A DNA stretch of 63,270 nucleotides, the filler included, from Collodictyon triciliatum (taxonomy: Eukaryota): assembly GCA_043381765.1 (NCBI GenBank). It is 21 parts of 21 records of this genome, joined end to end, with 100 filler letters (N's around TTAATTAATTAA, not from the genome) between each part and the next. Parts side by side here need not be neighbours in the genome. Positions count along the whole stretch, not along the records: positions 12,103 to 15,026 come from JBHJMP010008066.1; positions 15,127 to 18,049 come from JBHJMP010008067.1; positions 18,150 to 21,075 come from JBHJMP010008068.1; positions 21,176 to 24,095 come from JBHJMP010008069.1; 17 more parts are not named here. One strand, written 5' to 3'. The notes under the pieces were generated by a model, which saw nothing but the letters and a program-made list of their open reading frames with translations, did not search any database and was not told the origin of the DNA. A program made the position numbers and the translations under genes. Below are positions 12,590 through 24,195 of the stretch, one piece after another. Numbering within the stretch: position 1 is the stretch's first letter; every line of letters starts with the position of its first letter.

Positions 12590-14834
12590 GCATCAGAGGG
12601 CTGATTTTGTCGGGTCAAGCCAAGATTTTGCCCAAATTGTAGAGGGGGTATCGGAAAAGCAGACGCGGCACTTGTATCCTTTGGTCTTATAGTAATTCCA
12701 ATCTTCACGGGTCTATTTGTCGATTTTGAACGTCATTATGAAACAACCGTATGATTTTTTTTCTACAAATAATGAGATTCTCGTATAAAGTTAGCGGCTT
12801 TACTTTTCCATGGACGATTCTTCACCAGAACTATAGTTGGTCTCTAAATATACAATTATTTGTATTTTGATTAATTTTTCATATAATCATATTAAACAAT
12901 ATTCGCACAGTTTAATTAGGGACTGAAAAGGATATATTTGCTATTAGCAGGGAAGCGTGTATCGCGTACGTGGCCTATTCGGATTGATATAAAAATTAGA
13001 ATGAGTGGCAAAGCATAAAAGTGTGTTTAGGCTTACTTGGAAGAATTTCTGGGTGCCTCGTCATCTGAAGACTCCGAATCTAAATATGCCATGAAAATTC
13101 AATGAGAAAATGGTATGTGTAACATTTAATGGGACACTCACGCTTCTCATTTGAATCGGCTGCATCTGAAGCTTTCCCAATTCGATATCCTTCATCGTCC
13201 AGCAAATATCCATCTTCATCGACTCTAGGTTTCTTTTTTCCGTCCTGTTTACCAAAGCTATCCTCCTTCCTTTCCCTTGAATTCACAATGTGTAATTTAG
13301 TGCGATAGATCGAATAAAGAATAATGCTGCCTGCTTAAGTTAAAAAGTTCATTAGTGATGCATAAAGTAGCTTCACTGGAAACACCCAAACGCACTTGAC
13401 TTTCCCTTCAATATTGTTGAATGAAACACTCTCTAGCCAGTCCTCCAATAAGTTCAGTTTGATTGTGTCAACTTTCTTGGAATCGCCACTGACTAGTTTT
13501 AATTTAATATCGACATTCATAAAATCTACAGGTCTCCACGATTCCGATGAGGTTTTCTGTCATAAGGGTTAACCATGTAGAAGGATATCGTATGAGAATT
13601 ACATTTAGTGCATTGGAATCCTGATAAGAAGTGCCAGTTAAAAGTTGGTGGAGTGAATAAATAGTAGTCGTCCGTAAATAATGAAATATTTCTTTTGTGT
13701 CGGCACCTTGAGTCCCGAGCGTGACTTTGGAAAAATGTTCACTGGTGTATCGTTTTCCTTGGGTGCGTTTGGTTTCGACTGAATCATAGACAATTTGGAT
13801 TACATATTCAATAAGTAGATGAAACTTTGAAAATAATAATGCATAAAAAGATATCTAATCGACGAGATGGATTAGCGAAGGAGGAAATACGTGAACGTAG
13901 ATAAAGCCTTCATACGTAGGTCTGGAAAAAGAAATAACAACCTTAATGGAGGCGGTTGGAAGATGAAGCAGGCTACTGAGTTTAGTCATGTTTTGCTCAC
14001 AAGACTTTGCAATTGACTTCAAAGCACTTTCGCGCTGTGATTTGGACTGAGCGAATGGGAAAACATCTGGACGAGTTGAAGCCAATTTCTGTATTGAATG
14101 AAATTGGACAATCATATTAACACATGAATAAAGCCCATAAAACGCAAATGGGATTGATAAAAGCAATAGAAAATACTCTTAAAATGTCCTCTATAATTTC
14201 GATAGTTATCACGTATTTAGATACCCCACCAGATTTTGGTCTAGACTGCACTGCAAATTGTAGACGCACATCTTCATAAAATTGTCTATTTGGTGAAGGG
14301 ATTCAATTCGGTAAGGATCATCTCGCATGGCGCGATCCATCACCTCCGTAAGTATGCTGAGATTTTCTCTTAGAGAAGAAGTATCATCGCTTCCTGTGTA
14401 AAGCCATGGCAATTGAGTCAGTATACACATTTTTATTATTGAAATAAACATATGTATTGGTTTATTTATTTAATCAGGTAAAGTGCCTGCAACAGCCTTA
14501 AATTTGGACGGGTTAGCTAGCACTGGCCGAATCAAAGAGCGATAAATGACTAGATTCAAAGAATCAATAGTCTTCTCTCGAACGAAGGTCGGAAATCGCT
14601 CAACCAGGATAGCACGAGTTAAAGTGAGCAGATTAGTCATATACCTACGAAACCATCATCGAAGTCACTCTCTTTCACCAAATCACATAGATTCCAGCTT
14701 TATCCTGTGTAAGCTATATGCTAAAATTTGAGTACTCACGGAGGAAATCCTTCGATGATTTCTGCAATTGCATCCGATGTTATGGTCAATTGCGACATCA
14801 TCATGTTCACATCAAAATGCTCGCGCTCTGGTTT
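12590..14834 (-). CDS. Divergent RasGAP-domain protein with a downstream acidic linker carrying FCHo/SGIP1 APA-like motifs (internal fragment)
   Basis: Exons 14834-14740, 14644-14487 and about 14393-14230 splice to AEIIEGFPPYMTNLLTLTRAILVERFP..LNLVIYRSLIRPVLANPSKF..SLRENLSILTEVMDRAMRDDPYRIESLHQIDNFM, which follows the RasGAP C-terminal pattern. Later exons give RVDEDGYLLDDEGYRI..SESSDDE..YSSGEE..KIGITIRPK. Confidence 0.65.
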
Positions 14835-15272
14835 CTGAATATGATGCATAATTGATTACGTTGCATTTCAGACGAAGGAAACATATTGCGAAAAAAAAAA
14901 GCTAAAATGGTTTAATCTCGCATAATGTATAAGAAAAGAAAAAAGGAAAAAGGAAAAAGAAAAGAGAAAAGAGAAAAGAGAAAAGAGAAAAGAGAAAAGA
15001 GAAAAGAGAAAAGAGAAAAGAGAAAANNNNNNNNNNNNNNNNNNNNNNNNNNNNNNNNNNNNNNNNNNNNTTAATTAATTAANNNNNNNNNNNNNNNNNN
15101 NNNNNNNNNNNNNNNNNNNNNNNNNNTTTTTTGTTTGTTTTTTGTTTGTTTTTTGTTTGTTTTTTGTTTGTTTTTTGTTTGTTTTTTGTTTGTTTTTTGT
15201 TTGTTTTTTGTTTGTTTTTTGTTTTCTGGTTCTCTGCTTCATATTCGTATTTTTTTATGTTATAACAACAAG

Positions 15273-17824
15273 GGAGTGACGAAGACGACTTGCCCGCCTT
15301 GGAGGATAATCACAGTCGTCCAGTTTCACAAAAGAAACCGCAGACGGAAGTTCCTCCGGAGACCAGATATATTCAAGGACACCACAAGAGGACAATATGC
15401 ATAGAACCAGGGTATTTATTTATTCACTTCCACTATGTTAACTTCCTATCAAAGAGAGATTCTCTTTTTTCTGCTAATGTGTGAGACCTAGATAAAATTA
15501 TATATATCTCCTTTTTTTTTTTGTTTTTCCTTTGTTTTTATCTTTCTTTTCTATTTGCCTTTAAAGAAATAATCAAATATAATTGTGATTGCATGTTAAA
15601 AAAAAATATAACTATGCGTATCCGCAAAATTGAAAATTCATTATATATTCAGGTTAGCAGACATGTGCAACTTTGTCGTAGAGGACTGCAAAGTTTGTAT
15701 TTTTCGTATCACCTCATCGCTTTTATTTGTTTATTTCCTCCCATAATGTCTAGTTTTTGTTGAAGACGAGACACTTTTCCTCAAATATTGTGGGCAAATA
15801 GCGTGGTTTCGATTTTATTTTTGCTATGAAAACGTTAGGAGTGCGACATTTTTATATGTAATGCCTTGACTGCTGTCAACATCGACCGCTGCATTAAATG
15901 CCGAGTGTTTGTCGGTCCGTGCAAAGAAATGTAATTTTCATGTCGTGTATCGCCCGTGGGATTTTGGGGGGAGATGACTGGACCATATTTATTTAGATGG
16001 CGAATTCGATACGTAATTGAGTTTATTTATTTTCATATACTAATACCACTTTGTAAAATGACCGTAGAATACGCATCTCAAACTCCGAGGAGTGTAATTT
16101 TGTAATCGCCGCAAGTGAAATTCAGTAAGAATCCACCAGCAAAATCATCTAAGGAGGCATATTTTCATTTATCCTCTCTTTTAAAGAAGTTTCTAATGCA
16201 TCTTTTTACCACTTTGAGAATGTTGCAATGCAAAGACTCGAACATACTTGTTTTTGCTCGAAAGGGTGTTCGAATTCACATGTGCTTGAATTTGAAGTTT
16301 GGTTGTTTCGTTTTCTCATATTCGCGATTAGCTGGTAACCCTATTCATTAATTAGAGTAAAAATAAATAATCATTTTATTTATTTCATCTTATCTTTTCG
16401 TACAACTGTTTATTTTTTTCTTGGGCCGATTATCTTTTAAAAAAAAAAACTATGTAGAACAATTCAGTCGAGCAGGGTTGTCTGTCTTTAACAACCGATG
16501 GAGCGAAATCAAGGATTTGAGTTCGCTGCAATTCTCATGGGCTTACTTGCCTCTTGTAATTTTATTGAAAATGTTTCTTTTTATGTAACATTTATCACTT
16601 TTAAAATGCAGTCAATTATTTCGAATTTTTATGATGAGGACAGCCCGTTTATTATATTTACAATCCCATAAATTTAAATGCAAGGAATCGACTCCTGAGA
16701 CTCTTTTGCCCAATCGGCCGCCTGAGAGAATGATTAACTTCAAAAGAACTTCGCTCAATGTGGTTGTTCCATTGATGCACGGAGACCGCCCCAGATCGAC
16801 CGATGAAGTTTGCTTGCATTTTATATATTTTATTATACGGATGAGAGAGGGAAACAACATGCTGGTTTATTCCATGAAATCTCTACTAGTTTTGCTATGC
16901 CTCTATCTAAGATTTTCTGGGGAGTAAAAATCGAAGAATGAATCCTAGGTGGTCTTTGCTCTTTTCCTGCCGAATCATGGGCCGGCTGCTCTTCAATGTG
17001 TTGAGTCACTGATTGAAAAGGTGCGGTACCTGCATACTTTTATGCAATTTGAGTATCTTCATGGCAAAGCTGTGCACACACTTGTGCATGTTCTAAAATT
17101 TGTCCTGTTTTTTTTCTCACCAAAAATAAAAAAGGGATTCTTTTTGATAAAGTCCCGTGAGGCGAAATTGAAAGTAAGTAATTGCTCTCAAGTGAGAACA
17201 ACTAAAATATAAACTTTGGTTTCATTAATAACTTTGTGATAATCCATATTCAAAGTAATGCTCTTTATAGACACCTGACGTCGAGAATTTGATGACCTGC
17301 TTCGAAAACTACACAGAACACCGCAAATCAAGGCAGAATCTCCACCTTGGTAGAGTCCAATACCTTTGTCAGAGAAAACAATCTATTCTTGCAAATAGCC
17401 AGCTAGAAAATTGGTGTATTAATTGTCGATGGAACTCTCTGCTCCCAGGTCAAACCATCGGTCTTCTTTTCAACGGTCCAGATGTGTGTGAGGCTGTCTT
17501 TGACATGTCTCAAGTATATAATCAGGTCTGATTCTCACACAAATGATAATCCTGTTGTTGTTTTTTTTTTGGTTGGCTTTTCGTCTTTTATGATAAAAAT
17601 TATTATTCCTTTTTATCTGGGCATCTTTATTTCCACGTGCCACGAAGATTAAGTTGCGAATCCAACTCTTTGTCTGGCCAAACCAAGAAATAACTCGCAA
17701 TAAACACGTGCAGATTGATAGTTATCCCTTCATATTTACAACACGAACCCCGGAGGCGACTGCAAGAGCAACAGAAATATACTACCACAGCAAGCGAGAA
17801 AGAAAAACCGTCGGAAAAGTGTGA
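15273..17824 (+). CDS. RP2: RP2 (XRP2) homologue: TBCC beta-helix plus NDPK-like domain; about 12 exons, 5' end missing
   Basis: The spliced product [114 protein letters not shown] is collinear with RP2 (QFKDAGLSIFNNTWS, KGFFLVQTKEV, ALEFNG). Stop TGA at 17822-17824. Confidence 0.85.
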
Positions 17825-17961
17825 TACTTTGCTCAATCATGAAATAAATTGGGAGGGAAAAAACATATAAAATATTGTTGCATCCAACATCGAGAATGCA
17901 TATTTATTAATTTGTTTTGTTTGTTTGTTTTTTTTGTTTTTTTTGTTTGTTTTTTTTGTTT

Positions 17962-18049
<88 letters not shown>

Positions 18050-18192
18050 NNNNNNNNNNNNNNNNNNNNNNNNNNNNNNNNNNNNNNNNNNNNTTAATTA
18101 ATTAANNNNNNNNNNNNNNNNNNNNNNNNNNNNNNNNNNNNNNNNNNNNGTATGGCCAACACTATTTTTTTTTCCAAACAAAAACTCGGTAG

Positions 18193-20847
18193 GTTGAAGA
18201 CATCCCAGTATGGATAACTCGGCTTGTCAAGCTCATGGACTTACAAATCGAGCACGGAGGCGCCATCAGCGTAAAGCGGTCACCACGAGGAATCACAGCT
18301 CTTCCATGCTGGACAAACCAGAATAAGCTTGATGGGATGACTTTGTCTGTCTCAGAGTCACTCAAAGGACTGGTGTACTCAATCATTCAATCCAACCGCA
18401 ACGCCACCACTATAACTCCGTTGTCAATTGACTACTACAAGCAATATGAGAGTGTTGATATATCCAGTAACAAGGTGAACGGTTGAACTTTTTAAATCAA
18501 TGGTGTAATTGTTACCTATTTAATTGTAATGTATTTATGAGGTTAGGTTTATTTAATCCTTTTCTCAAAAAAAGCTGTCTTCAATCCCTGAAGGCTTCAA
18601 AGACTTAACGATATTGAATGCGCTTAGTATATCACAAAACCTTGTAATTTTAAAAACCTGGAACTTTTTATTTATTCATGTATAATTAGTCCTCTTATTT
18701 ACACAAGTAGACGCATCAGAGGTAATATATTAACTTACACCTTATCAGCTCTCTGAACTCCCTTCGGGAATATCTCTGCTGACAAACCTGTTACATATCA
18801 AGCTTGATGGCAACAAGGTAATCATAACAAGCGGTAGATTCATTCAACTAAGTAATAAATCTTTATATGCAAATACATAAAAGGAATAAATCATAATTCA
18901 TAAAGATCTCCTTTCAAATTAGTTTACATCTGTTCCAATGTGCCTGGGGACACTAACGAATCTTCACAAGCTTTCACTTCATAATAACATGGTACTACCT
19001 GATTTAAGTCATATGCTGCGTGTATAAATATAATTGCTTGTGTGGTTGGGAATCGAAGTGTCCTCATATTCCTCCTGACCTTTTAGATTGAAGACATCCC
19101 AGTATGGATAACTCGCCTTGTCAAGCTCATGGACTTACAAATCGAGCACGGAGGCGCCATCAGCGTAAAGCGGTCTCCTCGAGGAATCACAGCTCTTCCA
19201 TGCTGGACAAACCAGAATAAGCTTGATGGGATGACTTTGTCTGTCTCAGAGTCACTCAAAGGACTGGTATACTCAATCATTCACTCCAACCGCAACATCA
19301 CAACACTCGACTTATCCATGATTGAGGACTACAAGCAATATGAGAGCATCGATATATCCAGCAACAAGGTAGTTACTGATTTGCATGGCTATTATAACGC
19401 TTCACAATAAACTACATAAGTTGATACAAATAATTTTTTTTAAAAGATTGTATGTATCTTACATTTAAGGACATGCATATATATGTATATATATATATAT
19501 TCACAACGGTCTACATATGCAGATATCTATGCTGCCAGAGGATTTCAAAGAGCTCACGGTTCTCAAGCACCTTAACCTCTCACACAATCAGGTAAGCATA
19601 CCCACAGGCACTCCAATGCAAATATTGAGAGTCTAAAATCAGTGCAATGACTCAACCTCTTCATAATACTAGCTCTCCGGGCTACCCACAAGCGTATCGC
19701 TACTGACTGGACTATCCTTCGCTGGACTCGGGAATAACAAGGTATCCATACATATAGTACATCGCAAACATTGTAATATTCTTAAAACAAACAAACAAAA
19801 TAAAAGAAAACAAAAGAAAACAAAAGAAAAGCGATATGTGTCATATTCAAAGTCTCGATGACAATCATAAACCCACCATTGTAGCTTACATCTTTACCAA
19901 CATGCATGAGCACACTGACGAATCTTCATGGGCTTTTGATCCACAACAACCCGGTATCGCACCAATACGTTCCATCAAATAAACACTTTCGAAAGACGGG
20001 AGATGAAATGGATGGTATGGCCAACACTATTTTTTCCAAAAAAAAACTCGGTAGGTTGAAGACATCCCAGTATGGATAACTCGGCTTGTCAAGCTCATGG
20101 ACTTACAAATCGAGCATGGAGGCGCCATCAGCGTAAAGCGGTCACCGCGAGGAATCACAGCTCTTCCATGCTGGACAAACCAGAATAAGCTTGATGGGAT
20201 GACTTTGTCTGTCTCAGAGTCACTCAAAGTACTGGTGTACTCAATCATTCACTCCAACCGCAACATCACAACAGTGGACTTATCCATGATTGAGGACTAC
20301 AAGCAATATGAGAACATCGATATATCCAACAACAAGGTTTCAATCAGTTGCTTAATTTGATGCAATCTCAATTCAGATTCTCGCAAATACGGTTGGACTA
20401 ATGAGTTTTTTCTCTTGTCCTTTAGAAAATTAAATACAATTTGTATCTAAGTTATAAATTTCACTGCAACAGATTTTCGAAATCCCGGAATCTTTCGGTG
20501 CTATGCTGTATTTGCATTCGTTAAATCTCCGAGGAAATCATGTTTGTTCAATACTGTTTGATCTATCATTTACATTTATATAAGATTGTTTTGTTGTAAA
20601 ACTTTATCGATAAATGCTAGGTATCTGCTCTACCCAAAAGCTTCTCCCTGTTAACAGGACTCACATTGCTATTATTAGGAAACAATAAAGTATTTACTAA
20701 TGATTATATCTGTTATAATTTTCATTTTTATTTTATCTAATTCTATAATCCATGGTTTTTCACTTTACGAAATCTCAGTTCATTACGTTCCCTATGGAAA
20801 TTTCCATGCTCACAAATATTGCGTCTCTTCAATTTGATACTAACCCG
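18193..20847 (+). CDS. LRR protein built from three cassettes, each one 282-nt exon plus three 69-nt LRR exons (internal fragment, 12 exons)
   Basis: Large exons at 18193-18474, 19087-19368 and 20055-20336. 23-aa LRR exons at 18575-18643, 18749-18817, 18923-18991, 19523-19591, 19673-19741, 19885-19953, 20473-20541, 20621-20689 and 20779-20847. All are AG/GT-bounded, phase 0 and stop-free, with consensus LxxLPxxhxxLTxLxxLxLxxNx. Confidence 0.93.
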
Positions 20848-20939
20848 GTACAGTTCGCAATTTGGCAGTTGTAGTTTTTTTTTAATATATAAAGGCATTA
20901 AATTAGAATGACAGCCTTCTCTCTCTCCTTCTCTCTCTT

Positions 20940-20971
<32 letters not shown>

Positions 20972-21184
20972 TTTCTCTCTCTTTCTCTCTCTTTCTCTCT
21001 CTTTCTCTCTCTTTCTCTCTCTTTCTCTCTCTTTCTCTCTCTTTCTCTCTCTTTCTCTCTCTTTCTCTCTCTCTTNNNNNNNNNNNNNNNNNNNNNNNNN
21101 NNNNNNNNNNNNNNNNNNNTTAATTAATTAANNNNNNNNNNNNNNNNNNNNNNNNNNNNNNNNNNNNNNNNNNNNTATTATTAG

Positions 21185-23230
21185 ATTACAGATGTTCCTC
21201 ATAGTATATCCAGGTTAACAAAATTGACAGATTTAATCGTCTCCAGCAATCAGGTTCGGTATCCATTGAATAAAATTGTGATTTAAACCCGATTTTTTTG
21301 GTTCTTGTTCTCGTAGTAAGGTTGATGTTCTTGTATTTTTCAACATTCAATTATATGACTTTGAATCGAAAAAAAGGAAAAACTTTCAATTATATGAAAA
21401 TTTTAAAGCTACATATCAAACTCATACTGACATGTTTTCTCTTCAACAGCTTACAGAACTACCCGAATGTGTGGTTTTGCTGACAACTTTAAGGCGCCTA
21501 AACATATCGCTAAACAAAGTAATATTGATGATTTCTTCTGATGCTCCTCGCTAAAAGAATATTTTTCTTAAAGTAATTTCCGATTCGTTTTCAGCATATG
21601 ATAATTATTTTTTACAAACAAACAAAAACAAAAAACAAAAAACAAAAAAAAAAACAGATACAAAGACTTCCCTCTCATTTAAGTGTCTTGAAGAATTTAA
21701 GGGAACTCTATTTCTCTGACAACCAGGTGGGGTTTTGAACAATTACCCTTAACAGTTTAAATAATTTTCTCTCAAATCTTCTAACGACGACGTGATTTTT
21801 TCAAAACAGATATCATGGCTTCCTCCGTCATTTCGTCTACTCACGAATTTAATCGAGATATCAATGGAACACAATCCCTTACCAAAAAGTGTTTTAGTCA
21901 TCTGGAAGTCATATATATTAAATAAAAGTTGTGTCAATCTAAGAGGAAAGAAGTTGACTTCTTTATCTCCTTTGCTCCAAGATTTGATTCCATTTAAAAC
22001 ACTTAATCTATCAAATAATCACGTATGTAAATACTCTTGGAATTTAGCAAAGAAAAATATGTAAACATGATATAATTCTTATAATTCATAATAATTCAGA
22101 TAAAAGTTAATAGAATATTAAACTTATATATATATATTAGTTTAGAAAATTACCCTATCACGTTAATAATTTAGAATCTCTAAGAGAGCTGGTTATTCAA
22201 AACAATTCGGTATTTTTAATAACAATTGTTTGAATTTTTCTTGAAAAAATCGCCAGAAATTATGGCAAAATCTTTTCCATTTCGATAATTATGATTAACT
22301 TAGCTCTCTGACCTCCCAAAGACTCTGAGTAATCTTACAAATCTGATTAAAATTGACCTCACTTCAAACGATGTAATTGACACGACATTTGATTTGTAAT
22401 AATAAAGTGTACCCTTCTCAATTTATCTGTCAAAAAATATTATTATCTTACGCTATTCTCTTCAACGGTTATATGCTCATCAAAAGCAACCGAATGACGA
22501 AAAACACAACAAGAGAATGTTTACAAAAGAGCTAAAAAAGATTTTTTTACAGTTGACATATATACCCATGGTCGTCTATGAAATGACACAGTTACAAAAA
22601 CTGTACTTGGTTTCCAACAAAGTAAATGCTCCTGCTTCTGTTGATACATGCATTTGGTTAATGGTTCCTACCTTTAACAGCCGACCTTACATTTTGATAA
22701 TTTGCATGATTTCAATACCAAAGGTTCAAGAGATACCACAACAAATTTCCTGTTTAGTGAGACTGAGAAAATTCCTGGTGTCGTTGAATAAGGCAATTAA
22801 AAATGAATAGGCTGATAATCATGTCTTATTCATGATTATAATGCGTGCATGCGTATATTTTCGTTCAGCCTGTCCCAATTTTATAAGCTCATCAGAAGGA
22901 ATTTTGATGCAGGTAAAGTACATCTCCCCTGATATAGCAATTCTGCGCAGCTTAGAACTCTTAAATCTATACGGAAATCAGGTTCCATACTCTACAAAAC
23001 TGAACGATATAACATTAGCCTATGCACAAATTCATCCTTATCATTCGATTTGATAAAGTAGCTGATAGTCCTCTCTTTTGTATATTAATAAAAGATGGCC
23101 TTCGAATGACAATATTTCCCTTTTGTGATAGCTCGAGAAGACACCGCTTCACATATTCAAAATAACAAACTTGGCGAGTATTCGTTTACCAAGAAACTGT
23201 ATCCAATTCCTTCCGGATTCATATCTATGA
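21185..23230 (+). CDS. LRR protein, 3' part; one 23-aa LRR per 69-nt phase-0 exon
   Basis: Exons at 21185-21253, 21450-21518, 21658-21726, 21810-22022 (213 nt), 22141-22209, 22304-22372, 22553-22621, 22724-22792 (GC donor), 22913-22981 and 23132-23230 (TGA). Example: LTELPECVVLLTTLRRLNISLNK. Confidence 0.9.
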
Positions 23231-23974
23231 ACATAATAACTTAAGTGCAAGTAATCTTCCAATGTGTTGGTTAAATGACGTAAATCGTTGGTATCTGATA
23301 ATAAGAACCTGCCTACCGAAATAAATACTATCCCAGTAACTTAATCTTTGTTCGTTTTGTATTCATCAAAAAAATATGATGTATATCATTTGTGGTTATG
23401 ATTAAGAAACTTGACATAAACATAACCAACGCTAGACGAGATTTATACTTAACTTTGTTTTAATTTTTGAAAAATTATTATAAAGAGCACCGTTTTTCAT
23501 TCAAAATATCGTAATCATACATGAACTTCCGGTGATTTGGTTGGGAATTGTTTGACTCATTTCATACGCCCCTAAAACCCATCAGCCTTCCGCCCTCTTC
23601 GTTTTTTTTTTTTTTGCTCGTAATGGCGCAGATATGTCACTCAGCATAATTTCCAGAAATTATTTCCATAGTAGGTATGAAAAAGCGTATATCATTCCGA
23701 GTTCTTCCATTGGTGGAAATTTTTTTGGATCTGTCCATTCTGCAGCCCAATTCGTCGATTTTCGATCTGATCTTGATTACCCTTCCTGTTCTCCGTGGCT
23801 TTTCTTCTATTCTTTTCGCCCTTTCGCCGCTCCTCTCTTCCTCCCCGTTTGGCCACGGACACTAACTAGCCGCACAACTTTACTCCCTCTCGTGCTACTT
23901 TTTTTTCTTTTCATCAATCATTATGCCCTTTATTACAAAACAAATGTTGGCTTAGTTTATTAGTTAATGGCAGA

Positions 23975-24071
23975 ATGCTCGAGAAGCGTGCGGCACTGCT
24001 CCTGGACTACTTCGTCGGAGGTTACTTTCGGAACATCAACCGGGAGAATCTAAGCGCTTCTGTTTTGAAAG
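23975..24071 (+). CDS. First coding exon of a Chorein-N (VPS13-family) protein; absent from the ORF track
   Basis: MLEKRAALLLDYFVGGYFRNINRENLSASVLKG|gt matches the Chorein-N start (MLEslva.lLn.ylG.Yv.nld..qL.i.iw.G). Confidence 0.7.
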
Positions 24072-24195
24072 GTTGTCTTTTTCCTTTTATTCCATNNNNN
24101 NNNNNNNNNNNNNNNNNNNNNNNNNNNNNNNNNNNNNNNTTAATTAATTAANNNNNNNNNNNNNNNNNNNNNNNNNNNNNNNNNNNNNNNNNNNN

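Noticed and set aside
18162-20248. Three repeated minus-strand ORFs (MIEYTS..)
   Set aside because: They are antisense shadows of the repeated 282-nt exon.
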